64,000 bases of DNA from sequence record ON528736. One strand, given 5' to 3'. Below the pieces are notes generated by a model. The model did no database searches. It was not told the DNA's origin and saw only the letters and a list, made by a program, of their open reading frames with translations. How positions within the stretch are numbered: position 1 is the stretch's first letter; each line of letters opens with the position of its first letter. Shown one piece after another: positions 44,619 through 53,923 of this stretch. A program made the position numbers and the translations under genes. This DNA is from Shigella phage ESh26.

Positions 44619-45275
44619 ATGGCAGCACCTAGAATATCATTTTCGCCCTCTGATATTCTGTTTGGTGTTCTAGATCGCTTGTTCAAAGATAACGCTACCG
44701 GGAAAGTTCTTGCTTCCCGGGTAGCTGTCGTAATTCTTTTGTTTATAATGGCGATTGTTTGGTATAGGGGAGATAGTTTCTTTGAGTACTATAAGCAATC
44801 AAAGTATGAAACATACAGTGAAATTATTGAAAAGGAAAGAAATGCACGCTTTGAATCTGTCGCCCTGGAACAACTCCAGATAGTTCATATATCATCTGAG
44901 GCAGACTTTAGTGCGGTGTATTCTTTCCGCCCTAAAAACTTAAACTATTTTGTTGATATTATAGCATATGAAGGAAAATTACCTTCAACAATAAGTGAAA
45001 AATCACTTGGAGGATATCCTGTTGATAAAACTATGGATGAATATGCAGTTCATTTAAATGGACGTCATTATTATTCCGACTCAAAATTTGCTTTTTTACC
45101 AACCAAAAAGCCTACTCCCGAAATAAATTACATGTACAGTTGTCCATATTTCAATTTGGATAATATCTATGCTGGAACAATAACCATGTACTGGTATAGA
45201 AATGATCATATAAGTAATGACCGCCTTGAATCAATATGTGCTCAGGCGGCCAGAATATTAGGAAGGGCTAAATAA
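44619..45275 (+). CDS. t: Holin T
   Basis: 218 aa; single N-terminal TM segment with large periplasmic domain; matches T4 holin as recalled. Confidence 0.9.
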   Translation: MAAPRISFSPSDILFGVLDRLFKDNATGKVLASRVAVVILLFIMAIVWYRGDSFFEYYKQSKYETYSEIIEKERNARFESVALEQLQIVHISSEADFSAVYSFRPKNLNYFVDIIAYEGKLPSTISEKSLGGYPVDKTMDEYAVHLNGRHYYSDSKFAFLPTKKPTPEINYMYSCPYFNLDNIYAGTITMYWYRNDHISNDRLESICAQAARILGRAK

Positions 45276-45548
45276 TTATTTGTTCGTATACATCTCTAGA
45301 TATCGATATACACCCTCAAAACCCTCGTTGAATTCGTCGATGAGGGTTTTCTTATCTTCTTGAGTTAATTCAGAAACAATTTTACGGAATGAATTCTGAT
45401 TCAACTTTCTACCTTCATGCGTTACTCCAATCTCATTCAGAAATGCAATAAAATTAGCACGATTCTCAACAATATCTTCTCGGGAAAATTTAATCAAAAT
45501 AGACGCAACAGTAATAATTTCACGAACTGTATCAATATTTTTATTCAT
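45276..45548 (-). CDS. asiA: Anti-sigma-70 factor AsiA
   Basis: 90 aa; MNKNIDTVREIITVASILIKFSRED... matches T4 AsiA as recalled. Confidence 0.9.
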   Translation of the reverse strand: MNKNIDTVREIITVASILIKFSREDIVENRANFIAFLNEIGVTHEGRKLNQNSFRKIVSELTQEDKKTLIDEFNEGFEGVYRYLEMYTNK

Positions 45549-45560
45549 TAACTATACCAC

Positions 45561-45713
45561 TCAATTAGTTGACTTTACTATAATATCATCAGACGTTTGA
45601 TTTGTAAACTGGTCTGTGGTATTTTCTTCAAAAATTTTTTCTACGAATTCCTTGAACGACTTACGTTCCTGAGCTACATTGTGCTCGATTACCTTTTCAA
45701 GATTATGACTCAT
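45561..45713 (-). CDS. Possible small ORF (about 50 aa) translationally coupled to arn
   Basis: Its ATG overlaps the arn stop (ATGA); hand-called, not in the ORF track. Confidence 0.3.
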   Translation of the reverse strand: MSHNLEKVIEHNVAQERKSFKEFVEKIFEENTTDQFTNQTSDDIIVKSTN

Positions 45714-45988
45714 TCGAAATAATCTTCAATTTCATAATCAAGAACATAAATCATTATAGTTTTTAATACATCATCAATACTTTTTCCTGGAGCTGGAATT
45801 ACGTAAAAATATCCTGCTTTTGAGAGGTCTTTATAAGTTCCAACCAAGAAATCATTATTCTCAAGATGCAGTTCTTCAACTAATTCATTAACAATTGAGT
45901 GGTATAAATTTGGTAGAAACTTATATAGCTTTTCTAGAATATCAATTTTGATTGTGTATTGAACCACAGACTGAGAATCAATAATCAT
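45710..45988 (-). CDS. arn: Arn, inhibitor of McrBC restriction
   Basis: 92 aa acidic protein at the T4 arn position between asiA and motA. Confidence 0.75.
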   Translation of the reverse strand: MIIDSQSVVQYTIKIDILEKLYKFLPNLYHSIVNELVEELHLENNDFLVGTYKDLSKAGYFYVIPAPGKSIDDVLKTIMIYVLDYEIEDYFE

Positions 45989-46071
45989 AGACCTTCCCCT
46001 TATGTTTCTGTTTGCGATTAGATTCTTTAAACGCTTTCTTCTTATCCTTATGGACAGAAGCTTTATTAAAA

Positions 46072-46290
46072 TTATGTTTTGCGACTAAATTGTTCATAGT
46101 GCTGAATTACCTCTCTTAAACATTTGCATGTGAATGAAAACTTTTTAGCTACACCACATTCAAATATATGTTCTCTTAAATCGCGTGTGTCAGTATATCC
46201 CATCTCAACAATAAAATGTCGTATTAGATTTTTATCTTTATCATTGAGAGAATTAAAATAATCGGATTTTGAATTAATTTCCCTGGCCAA
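46072..46290 (-). CDS. Hypothetical protein (72 aa)
   Basis: ORF. Confidence 0.45.
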   Translation of the reverse strand: MAREINSKSDYFNSLNDKDKNLIRHFIVEMGYTDTRDLREHIFECGVAKKFSFTCKCLREVIQHYEQFSRKT

Positions 46291-46570
46291 ATTGAATCAC
46301 CTTCAGTTGACGTTTTAGTTCTTTTATCATTTCTTCGTTCATCGCAATATAAAGATCGCGTAAAGCAGGTTTTAGCATTCCATTTATTGGGGAACTAAAT
46401 GGACATACATAATCTTTTCCTACGAGCTTTTTGGTGAATTCCATATTACAGAATTGAAATGCCGGTTCATTGGCATAAATTCCCCAATTAGTTGACATCA
46501 TTTTATTGGCATATTCCAGTGCCTGGATTTGATTCTTAATTCCATCAATTTGAAACTTTTTAATATTCAT
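46274..46570 (-). CDS. Hypothetical protein (98 aa)
   Basis: ORF. Confidence 0.5.
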   Translation of the reverse strand: MNIKKFQIDGIKNQIQALEYANKMMSTNWGIYANEPAFQFCNMEFTKKLVGKDYVCPFSSPINGMLKPALRDLYIAMNEEMIKELKRQLKVIQFGQGN

Positions 46571-47031
46571 TAGTAAAGGTCCTCAGAGTAAAGTTCTTTT
46601 TCACTACCACCACGTTCAATACGTACTTGTCCAGCGTAAGTTGCAATAATCATTGCTTCTTCACGTGTCCAGTAATTACTATATTGGTCAATAAACCCTT
46701 GGTCATCATCACAAACTTGTTGAGTAACTAATTGAGGTTTAACTACATCTAAAACTTCTGCCATATCTTTAGAATAATGACGAGCACCTGGAATAACAAG
46801 AGTTCGTCCATCTTTTAATTTAAAACGGTTGGCTGCGCAAACAATTCGTCGTTGATATTTTTGATTTTCGTCCCAATATGCAGACTGCCAACAGATTTCA
46901 GGAACTTCTGCAAGAATATCTTCTTCTGTGCATTTATAACCATGCGCTTTAAATTTTTCAACAAGACTTTCTGGAGTTTCACGAGATAAAGGAACATTCA
47001 GCATTTTTAAACGATTAATAAATGGGTTCAT
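46570..47031 (-). CDS. Hypothetical protein (153 aa)
   Basis: ORF; overlapping start/stop with neighbours. Confidence 0.55.
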   Translation of the reverse strand: MNPFINRLKMLNVPLSRETPESLVEKFKAHGYKCTEEDILAEVPEICWQSAYWDENQKYQRRIVCAANRFKLKDGRTLVIPGARHYSKDMAEVLDVVKPQLVTQQVCDDDQGFIDQYSNYWTREEAMIIATYAGQVRIERGGSEKELYSEDLY

Positions 47032-47357
47032 TTAAACCATCCTTTAATACGCTGCCACAAAGTTTTCTGTTGAGCTTTGTTAACACCAATTGAGCGAATA
47101 ACTGGTTGAGATTCCTGGAATTCTTTATAATCAGCAAGGTAAATTTCGTAAGCTGCATCCGTAAATGAACTTATCGCCGCCATAAAATTATTGCGAATAC
47201 CTACTGGAGCATCTTTACTTTCACGAATAATCATGTATTTACCAGTCTTAATCTTTACGATAGTTCCAAGATAAGCTCCATGGTACCAGATGTCCCACCC
47301 CTCTTGAGTGGGTTCTGCACAACGACGAAGTTCATTAACAATTTCTAACTTGTTCAT
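47028..47357 (-). CDS. Hypothetical protein (109 aa)
   Basis: ORF downstream of motA. Confidence 0.5.
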   Translation of the reverse strand: MNKLEIVNELRRCAEPTQEGWDIWYHGAYLGTIVKIKTGKYMIIRESKDAPVGIRNNFMAAISSFTDAAYEIYLADYKEFQESQPVIRSIGVNKAQQKTLWQRIKGWFK

Positions 47358-47367
47358 TATTTATTCC

Positions 47368-48003
47368 TCACAGTTCAGATGCTACGGTGATTACTGCTTC
47401 AATGTTTTCTGCCGAGCGTTTAATGTCAAGATACACATTACCGTTTTTAGCGATTTTACATGACATTCCGATATCAGTAAATTTCTGAATATGGTGTTCC
47501 ATCATTTTGTATCCAAAAATTCGCATATTTCCATTGTTATTAATTTCAAAATTACGAATTCCGTGAGTGCGTTTTTCTAAAATAGCAAGATAGTTACTGC
47601 GGTAAGTTTCAACCTTTTTAAGAACAAATCCATTTTCATCTAAAAGTTTTAACATGAAGTCTTTATCTTCTTCCATATCGGAAGTAATCTCACGAGCTTT
47701 ACGAGTTGCTCGTTTTTTCAGCAGTTCAGGAGCATTTTCCTGCGCATATAAAGTTGCCGCATTTGAAATAATATCCTGAGCTTCACCAGTAATGATTAAT
47801 CCATCACCAGATTTTTCCACCAGGCCTTTTTTAATCAATACCCCAATATTACTATTAACTACTGCGTTACCTAAATCTGGATGCACCTCACGAACTTCTG
47901 CAGCTGTAATGAAATCTTTCTTAGCAATGGTAATTAAAATCGCAGCAGTTTTTTCATTCAGAACATCGTTAGAAGCTTTGATGATGTAAGTTACTTTAGA
48001 CAT
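47368..48003 (-). CDS. motA: Middle-transcription activator MotA
   Basis: 211 aa as in T4 MotA; ATG with GGAG Shine-Dalgarno downstream of an early promoter. Confidence 0.9.
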   Translation of the reverse strand: MSKVTYIIKASNDVLNEKTAAILITIAKKDFITAAEVREVHPDLGNAVVNSNIGVLIKKGLVEKSGDGLIITGEAQDIISNAATLYAQENAPELLKKRATRKAREITSDMEEDKDFMLKLLDENGFVLKKVETYRSNYLAILEKRTHGIRNFEINNNGNMRIFGYKMMEHHIQKFTDIGMSCKIAKNGNVYLDIKRSAENIEAVITVASEL

Positions 48004-48044
48004 TTTCTAATCTCCGTAATTCTGTATCAGTAGTTGATAGTTGT

Positions 48045-48074
48045 ATAGTACCACAGTATGCTTTGGTTGTAAAC
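48045..48074 (-). promoter_or_regulatory. Early promoter (GTTTAC-N18-TACTAT) upstream of motA
   Basis: Part of a conserved cassette repeated at about 30765 and 51845. Confidence 0.5.
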
Positions 48075-48106
48075 CGTTTTGTGAAAAAATTTTTGAAATA
48101 AAAAAA

Positions 48107-48130
48107 GGGAGAGCCGAGGCTCTCCCTAAA
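48107..48130 (-). terminator. Rho-independent terminator
   Basis: Hairpin gggagagcc-tcgg-ctctccc followed by a T-run on the minus strand. Confidence 0.55.
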
Positions 48131-48132
48131 AA

Positions 48133-48282
48133 TTACTGCATGACTGTGATAACTGTCATGATAACACGTTGAATTCCGAATGCAAGAAGACCTCCTGCTA
48201 CAGCTGGAACAACACCTAAACCCGCCAGTAAAATGCTACCAGATACTAATGCAGCGCTTGTAATACCTATAAATGGACTCAT
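48133..48282 (-). CDS. Small hydrophobic membrane protein (about 49 aa)
   Basis: ATG overlaps the gene 52 stop (ATGA); MSPFIGITSAALVSGSILLAGLGVVPAVAGGLLAFGIQRVIMTVITVMQ. Confidence 0.4.
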   Translation of the reverse strand: MSPFIGITSAALVSGSILLAGLGVVPAVAGGLLAFGIQRVIMTVITVMQ

Positions 48283-49607
48283 TTGATTTCCTCTAAATCT
48301 TTGGTGTATTCTGTAACTACATCAGTAGTTTTCCAATATTCGTTTTCTTCTTTTTTAGATTTAGCTTCTTCAGCAAGTTTCTTTGCTTCGTCGGAAGTCA
48401 TATGAAAAATGTTCATTCCAACTAGTTTATCAACATAAGAAGAATACATATCAATTTTAGAAAGTTCTTCTGTCAGTTCTTTACGAGTTTTACCTTGTAC
48501 AACAATTTCACCTGAAATTACTTTCTTAATGAAATGTGCCTTGGCAAAGGCTAAACGAAATGCTGATTCAGTTTCTTTGATTTTGTTATCAATTCGTTTC
48601 TGAACATAAGTTTTACGAACTTCAACGAAGTCTTTGATTAAATCAACTACGTTATCGTAAACTTGCAGCTTTCCTTTCTCATTAATAACAGTAATATTCT
48701 GGGAACGACGCTCAATCAACCCGAAGTCTTTCATAATTTTCGCGTGACGTTCTTCTTCATTATCGCTCAAAGAGTATTCTTTGCGGAATTTAACTTTGAA
48801 GCCAAAACCATGCTCACCACAAGCATCATCCCACGTAATGAAGCCTTTATCTTCAAGCGGATCTAAGATTTTACTCACATAAGTTTCACGATCATACTTA
48901 TACGGAATCTCAGTGATATTCATTTGAGTTCGTGAAGTAAACTTGTACGTTCCACGAATTTCATATTGACCGTCAATTTCAACGACTTCACCACGAAATT
49001 CTGGGAATTCTACCTTCGGTTTAGTTACTTTCTTTCCTTGAAGAGCTTGTAGTACAGCTTTCTTGACAGAAGAAACACTATGAGGAAGAATGTAAGTTGC
49101 ATAACCAGTTGCAATACCGGAAACACCGTTAAGAAGAACAGTAGGAATAATAGGCAAATAGAAAGCAGGCGGAATGTGTTCTTTATCTTGATGTACCGGA
49201 GCATATTCAGTATCTTTATATACGCTATAGAAATTTTTACTTACACGAGCAAAAATATAACGACTTGCCGCTGCTTTTTGAACGGTACGAGAACCAAAGT
49301 TTCCTTGACCATCTAACAAAGGAAAGTTATTATTCCAAGTATTAGCCATCAAAGCACCGGCGTCTTGTGCAGAGTTTTCACCATGATGATATCCAAGGTC
49401 CGCTACACCACCTGCAATAGAAGCGAGTTTGTGAAACTTATCTTTATTTCCTCGTGCCAAATCAAGAGCTCGAGCAATAACAAATCGTTGAACTGGCTTA
49501 AATCCATCAATCATATTTGGGATAGCACGATTTTCAACCGTGTACATAGCATAAGCCAATGCTTCATTATCAATGATACTTTTTAAATCGCGATTATTCA
49601 GTTGCAT
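48279..49607 (-). CDS. 52: DNA topoisomerase II medium subunit gp52
   Basis: 442 aa as in T4 gp52; GyrA-like cleavage-religation domain. Confidence 0.95.
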   Translation of the reverse strand: MQLNNRDLKSIIDNEALAYAMYTVENRAIPNMIDGFKPVQRFVIARALDLARGNKDKFHKLASIAGGVADLGYHHGENSAQDAGALMANTWNNNFPLLDGQGNFGSRTVQKAAASRYIFARVSKNFYSVYKDTEYAPVHQDKEHIPPAFYLPIIPTVLLNGVSGIATGYATYILPHSVSSVKKAVLQALQGKKVTKPKVEFPEFRGEVVEIDGQYEIRGTYKFTSRTQMNITEIPYKYDRETYVSKILDPLEDKGFITWDDACGEHGFGFKVKFRKEYSLSDNEEERHAKIMKDFGLIERRSQNITVINEKGKLQVYDNVVDLIKDFVEVRKTYVQKRIDNKIKETESAFRLAFAKAHFIKKVISGEIVVQGKTRKELTEELSKIDMYSSYVDKLVGMNIFHMTSDEAKKLAEEAKSKKEENEYWKTTDVVTEYTKDLEEIK

Positions 49608-49611
49608 AAAT

Positions 49612-49752
49612 TTACCATACTAGTGAATGTAGTGCCATAATAACATCAGAAATGAAAAGCACGACTTGAATTAATCCGAACATTACTCCATAATATAGTG
49701 CTACTAATAAAGTAGCAAGGGCTAATGAATAGCCCAAGATTTTCTTAATCAT
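49612..49752 (-). CDS. Possible small hydrophobic peptide (about 46 aa)
   Basis: Hand-called; MIKKILGYSLALATLLVALYYGVMFGLIQVV... Confidence 0.3.
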   Translation of the reverse strand: MIKKILGYSLALATLLVALYYGVMFGLIQVVLFISDVIMALHSLVW

Positions 49753-49903
49753 TAGTAGATAACAACACAAATGTTAAATATGCACACATACCCTGGGCTA
49801 AAGCTTGTGAAAACACACTGCTAGCATCGATACAGATAGTTAAAACACATGCTACTATCCAACAAACAAATGAAATAACTCCTAATAATTTTGCGATATT
49901 CAT
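49746..49903 (-). CDS. Possible small hydrophobic peptide (about 52 aa); ac candidate
   Basis: Hand-called; MNIAKLLGVISFVCWIVACVLTICIDASSVF...; in T4 the ac gene lies between 52 and stp. Confidence 0.3.
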
Positions 49904-49910
49904 ATTTTCC

Positions 49911-49991
49911 TCACTGGCGTCCAAAGACGCCTTTTGTTTTAAGATTGTTACGATAGAACTGCATCACATGTTCGTTATGGAAATTACTCAT
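49911..49991 (-). CDS. stp: Stp peptide (26 aa), activator of the host PrrC anticodon nuclease
   Basis: Translation [26 protein letters not shown] matches T4 Stp as recalled. Confidence 0.75.
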
Positions 49992-50157
49992 ACACACCAC
50001 ACATTTTGCATAAACGTTCAAAACAGATAAATCCGCCACCTACACACATCACGACAGCCACATTATCATTAAGAGGTAGACCTAAAGCCGTAAAGATTCC
50101 AGTCAATGTGAATAAGGCTAAAACTAATAGGTAACCCATTACAAATAGAGCTTTCAT
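49984..50157 (-). CDS. Possible small hydrophobic protein (57 aa)
   Basis: ATG overlaps ndd stop; its stop overlaps stp start; [22 protein letters not shown]... Confidence 0.35.
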
Positions 50158-50612
50158 TAGTATGCCTGCAAAACAAATTTAAAGTTATCAGCCAACATAC
50201 GGTTCATTTCTTCAAGCGTTTGATACTCAGAATGATGATTACGAGTAAACGCCAAAGCTAACTGACCTTTTCCAAATCCTGTCGTCAAAGGTTTCATCTT
50301 AGAAGTAGGAAGATAAAATACTGTGTATGGAACATTGTTATTTGCAATAGTACGCGCAAGCTGAGACCGACGCTGACGAATATGACTTAGAACTGCACTG
50401 AACCCTTGTTTAGAACGCTGATTACCTACATAAAATCGTGCAGATACACACGGACTATCAAATGGACCACCAAATTTGCTCACTAAAAAGTAAAATCCAG
50501 GGTTAGACAAAATGTCTTTATGCGGAGTTCCAAAAACCCATTCACCGCCCTTGATTGTACCAATAACAGTTGCGCCTGCATTATTCAAATCAGTAACAGT
50601 CATATATTTCAT
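50157..50612 (-). CDS. ndd: Nucleoid disruption protein Ndd
   Basis: 151 aa as in T4 Ndd; synteny. Confidence 0.85.
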   Translation of the reverse strand: MKYMTVTDLNNAGATVIGTIKGGEWVFGTPHKDILSNPGFYFLVSKFGGPFDSPCVSARFYVGNQRSKQGFSAVLSHIRQRRSQLARTIANNNVPYTVFYLPTSKMKPLTTGFGKGQLALAFTRNHHSEYQTLEEMNRMLADNFKFVLQAY

Positions 50613-50672
50613 GTTAATTTCCTCTAATTATTTTCTACTCCAAGGCCGCATGAATACATACGGCCCGATAAA

Positions 50673-50888
50673 TTAATCGTCGCAGTCGACGCTCAATTCC
50701 CAAAACTCTTCTACGGTATAAGTTTCAGTATCATTTTCAATACAGAAACGTTCATTGCTGTTGTTTGCTAAAGTAGCATTAACTGTCATTTTCTCGCTAG
50801 TGCTCTTAAGAGGTGAAATACGAATTAACTGATCACCATTATCTAAGCAAAAAATTTCACCAACTTTTACATCTTTAAAAATTTTCAT
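50673..50888 (-). CDS. Hypothetical protein (71 aa)
   Basis: ORF. Confidence 0.5.
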   Translation of the reverse strand: MKIFKDVKVGEIFCLDNGDQLIRISPLKSTSEKMTVNATLANNSNERFCIENDTETYTVEEFWELSVDCDD

Positions 50889-51003
50889 AATTCACCTCAG
50901 GGAGTATAAAATCCAAATGCAGTTGTTGACCATCCCATCCAATACGGAAAATTTGCACCAACGTAAAACATGAGAATATAAAACCAACCACTCAGCAAAT
51001 TTA

Positions 51004-51222
51004 TCATTTTACACCATTCCAAATTGTTTCAACCACAGATTTTAAGCCATTTTGATGAATGTCCATTCCGACAACCGCCATCAAATAAATTCCAACTACA
51101 ACTGAACCTAAGGCAAAAATCAGCATGAAAATGAATAAAGCTGGAAAAATATTATCGAAAAACCATTTAATAAATGTAAAAGCACTGCGTTTACGCTTCA
51201 TATTTTCCTCACATAAATCCAA
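51004..51222 (-). CDS. Small membrane protein (about 72 aa)
   Basis: Hydrophobic segment ALFIFMLIFALGSVVVGIYLMAVV; tracked start may be TTG. Confidence 0.45.
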   Translation of the reverse strand: MDLCEENMKRKRSAFTFIKWFFDNIFPALFIFMLIFALGSVVVGIYLMAVVGMDIHQNGLKSVVETIWNGVK

Positions 51223-51322
51223 AGTAAGCGTTTAATACATCAATCATTAAAACGATTGGGAATATACTCAAAACTATTAATATTATAACTACATTCCATA
51301 TAGCTTTAACAATCTTTTTCAT
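51209..51322 (-). CDS. Small membrane peptide (about 37 aa)
   Basis: Internal ATG with GGAGG Shine-Dalgarno; MKKIVKAIWNVVIILIVLSIFPIVLMIDVLNAYFGFM. Confidence 0.35.
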   Translation of the reverse strand: MKKIVKAIWNVVIILIVLSIFPIVLMIDVLNAYFGFM

Positions 51323-51350
51323 TTTCTGTTCCTCCGTAGTTGATAGGGTA

Positions 51351-51380
51351 ATAATACCACAGAGGAACAGTCTTGTAAAC
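51351..51380 (-). promoter_or_regulatory. Early promoter (GTTTAC-N18-TATTAT)
   Basis: Read on the reverse complement; upstream of the small membrane peptide. Confidence 0.45.
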
Positions 51381-51596
51381 AACTTTTTAAAAATATTCGT
51401 AATAAATGTGAATACCAATCACCACTGCCGAAACTTGCGCAACCCACCATGCACAAGCAATAAGTACAGAATTCAAAATTTTCATAATAACCTCATTACA
51501 AAAGTAAATATTAAACAAATTAATGGAATACTAACTAACCAAACAAAACACCACCACAATGAACTCATAGTTCAATCTCAACGATTTTCATTTTAC

Positions 51597-51803
51597 TCAA
51601 TAATCTGCTAAAAGATTGACGATTGCATCACGAAGACACTTATTCGCAATACGTTTAAGAGCAATTTCAGTTTCTGGAGCATTTTGAATAATCATTGAAT
51701 TCAATTCAGCCTCAGCAAACTGAAGTTCTTTAACTAATTCAGCTTTATATTTTCCTTGCCCTTTCTTAGCTTTTGCTCGTTTTAATTCAGCTGTAGTAAA
51801 CAT
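51597..51803 (-). CDS. Hypothetical protein (68 aa)
   Basis: Internal ATG with GGAG Shine-Dalgarno; tracked ORF 51597..51911 is over-extended through the promoter. Confidence 0.45.
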   Translation of the reverse strand: MFTTAELKRAKAKKGQGKYKAELVKELQFAEAELNSMIIQNAPETEIALKRIANKCLRDAIVNLLADY

Positions 51804-51844
51804 TTTATTCTCCAAATCCGTATCAGTTGATAGTTGATAGTTGT

Positions 51845-51874
51845 ATAGTACCACAGTCCTTGTGGTATGTAAAC
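51845..51874 (-). promoter_or_regulatory. Early promoter (GTTTAC-N18-TACTAT), third copy of the conserved cassette
   Basis: Near-identical to the cassettes at about 30765 and 48045. Confidence 0.5.
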
Positions 51875-51892
51875 CGTTTTGTGAAAATTTTT

Positions 51893-52450
51893 TTAAATGG
51901 AAAGATACCATCCGTTGTAGTTGCTTTTTCTTACAACCTTACGAAGGTCTTCTCTATCACCGATGAACTTCGGAGTGTACTGGATGACACCTGGGTGAAT
52001 TTCTTTAGTGTTGAATATAATTATACAGTCAGCGACCTGATGATTCAGAATGGGCCCTAGATTTATTCCAGAACCGTATGGATACTCTCCGCTGCATCCT
52101 GTTGTTACAGAAATCCAACGTGAGTCAGTTTGATGTGTCTTAACTTCTACACGAAGCCCGCAGTATCTTGGATGCGCCAATACATCCCATGCGTATGTAT
52201 ACGGGTCATTAACATCCTCTTGGCCTTTGTTAACATACCCGCTTAGCCAATCTGCTACAAAAAACTCTGCGTACACCGCGATACGACATCTTTCGATAAC
52301 TTCTGCTTTATCCTGGTTCGGGTTTTGTTTTAAAGAGTATCTTGCTGTATCAGCAATTTTGACCTTCATTTCACTAGTCAAGTCACTGTTCGATAGGGTA
52401 AATGTCGGAATCTGAAATAGTCTCTGTAAACCCGGATTCGTTTTCTGCAT
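51893..52450 (-). CDS. denB: Endonuclease IV
   Basis: 185 aa as in T4 DenB; position between rIIB and ndd. Confidence 0.85.
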   Translation of the reverse strand: MQKTNPGLQRLFQIPTFTLSNSDLTSEMKVKIADTARYSLKQNPNQDKAEVIERCRIAVYAEFFVADWLSGYVNKGQEDVNDPYTYAWDVLAHPRYCGLRVEVKTHQTDSRWISVTTGCSGEYPYGSGINLGPILNHQVADCIIIFNTKEIHPGVIQYTPKFIGDREDLRKVVRKSNYNGWYLSI

Positions 52451-52712
52451 TTAGACTTTCCTTTTTACCGCTGAGATAAGCGTTATATACTTTAAGAGTG
52501 CCGTAATAAATTCGGTCATTTTCATCTAAAGACTCACAGTCAAGTTCATCGAGTTCCTTTTTATCCATGACTATAATATCATTGCAGTAAAGAAACCCAA
52601 GTTTTTCGTGACCAAACTCAAATTTATTGCAGTACACAATATTAGCGTGATGATTTCCGTGCAGTTTAATCTCTTTTATGTCGGAATCACCGATATTCAT
52701 ACAATAAATCAT
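52383..52712 (-). CDS. Hypothetical protein (109 aa)
   Basis: ORF overlapping denB start; preceded by a hairpin at about 52733-52747. Confidence 0.45.
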   Translation of the reverse strand: MIYCMNIGDSDIKEIKLHGNHHANIVYCNKFEFGHEKLGFLYCNDIIVMDKKELDELDCESLDENDRIYYGTLKVYNAYLSGKKESLNAENESGFTETISDSDIYPIEQ

Positions 52713-52750
52713 AATTTTTCCTTAAAACAAAAGGGTCGAAGCCCCTTATT

Positions 52751-52945
52751 TTATTTGAATTGTGAAATTCTTTTTTCTAAACAATCTGCGTAAGATTTCA
52801 TTGAGATGAACTGTGAAAGCAGTAATTCTTGCTCAACTTCATTAATCGTTAGAAACTTTGTGCTTTCTAAAAATTTGCTCAGTGCATTAATTTTGAGCAT
52901 TAATTGATCGTATTCTTCTTTTACTCGTGCTTGATAACCTAACAT
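52751..52945 (-). CDS. Hypothetical protein (64 aa)
   Basis: ORF; hairpin gggccgaagccc just upstream. Confidence 0.45.
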   Translation of the reverse strand: MLGYQARVKEEYDQLMLKINALSKFLESTKFLTINEVEQELLLSQFISMKSYADCLEKRISQFK

Positions 52946-52973
52946 AATTTTCCTTAGTTAAGGGCCGAAGCCC

Positions 52974-53912
52974 TTATTTAAATTGTTCAGTAACGTCTTC
53001 AACTACTTCGTATTGGCAGGTACGCATTTTAGCATCGTTGTAATCAATTGGAATTGATACTACATCACGCGGATGTACTTTAACTTTTACAACTCGGCTG
53101 GTTGAACTGCCAAAGTGACGAATATAAGATTTAGAACACACATGCAGACCACGAGAACAAGTTTGTGTATCATCGTCATTCACACGAGTACGTGGCATTT
53201 TAACTACTTTACCAGGACTGTTATCAAAAGTATTTGAATGACAGTCAAAGTAATTACTGCGAACTACTTTCCAAGCATAGAAGTAACCATCTTCTGTAAT
53301 TTCAATATCGTTTGCTACCAAGAAATCGAAGAGTCGAGATACCGCTTTTTGGCTCGGGTTTTCCAACAGATTTTCCAAGAACGGAAAATAAAATTCAAAG
53401 TTTTCGCCTTTTTCCATCGAATCGAGAATACGATCAACTAAACCAGACCGCAATTCAATATTTTGATAGAACAAGCTTCCACCTTCAATTCGAACATCAC
53501 CGGAAATATATTTTTCAACAGCGCGACGAACATTAATTTTTTGTGCCGCTTCTTCCAATTTATCTGCAACAAGCAGATTAAGAATTTCCTGGAAGTTTGA
53601 ATGAGTATTAGGAGTTGCGTTATAAGTTACACCATCAACAGTAATTGAAATGAATTTTTTAGATGCATTCCAAATAATGTCAGATTTAGCAACTGGAGCA
53701 ATAGCGGTATCGCTATTAACTTTAACTGTAATATCACCGCTAATGGTAACTTTGGAGCGCTCAGCTTCTTCAGCATTTTTCAAAACACGACGGATTGTGT
53801 CAACCGATACACCTTGCCAATCAGCCAATTCCTGCTGGGTGTAATTACCACTTGAATACAGTTTGACAATTTCAGCTTGTTCGTTTTTGGTCAGGCATTT
53901 AATATTGTACAT
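52974..53912 (-). CDS. rIIB: rIIB protein
   Basis: 312 aa as in T4 rIIB; directly downstream of rIIA. Confidence 0.9.
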   Translation of the reverse strand: MYNIKCLTKNEQAEIVKLYSSGNYTQQELADWQGVSVDTIRRVLKNAEEAERSKVTISGDITVKVNSDTAIAPVAKSDIIWNASKKFISITVDGVTYNATPNTHSNFQEILNLLVADKLEEAAQKINVRRAVEKYISGDVRIEGGSLFYQNIELRSGLVDRILDSMEKGENFEFYFPFLENLLENPSQKAVSRLFDFLVANDIEITEDGYFYAWKVVRSNYFDCHSNTFDNSPGKVVKMPRTRVNDDDTQTCSRGLHVCSKSYIRHFGSSTSRVVKVKVHPRDVVSIPIDYNDAKMRTCQYEVVEDVTEQFK

Positions 53913-53923
53913 AATTTTCCTTA

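Noticed and set aside
51408-51611. 67-aa plus-strand ORF rich in His/Asn
   Set aside because: Antisense to small minus-strand membrane peptide genes and promoter elements; likely spurious
51597-51911. Tracked ORF start positions that read M but lie upstream of mapped promoters (for example 51911, 61760, 51418)
   Set aside because: The track seems to accept alternative start codons; real starts are the internal ATG codons with Shine-Dalgarno sequences downstream of the promoters, so the longer forms were trimmed
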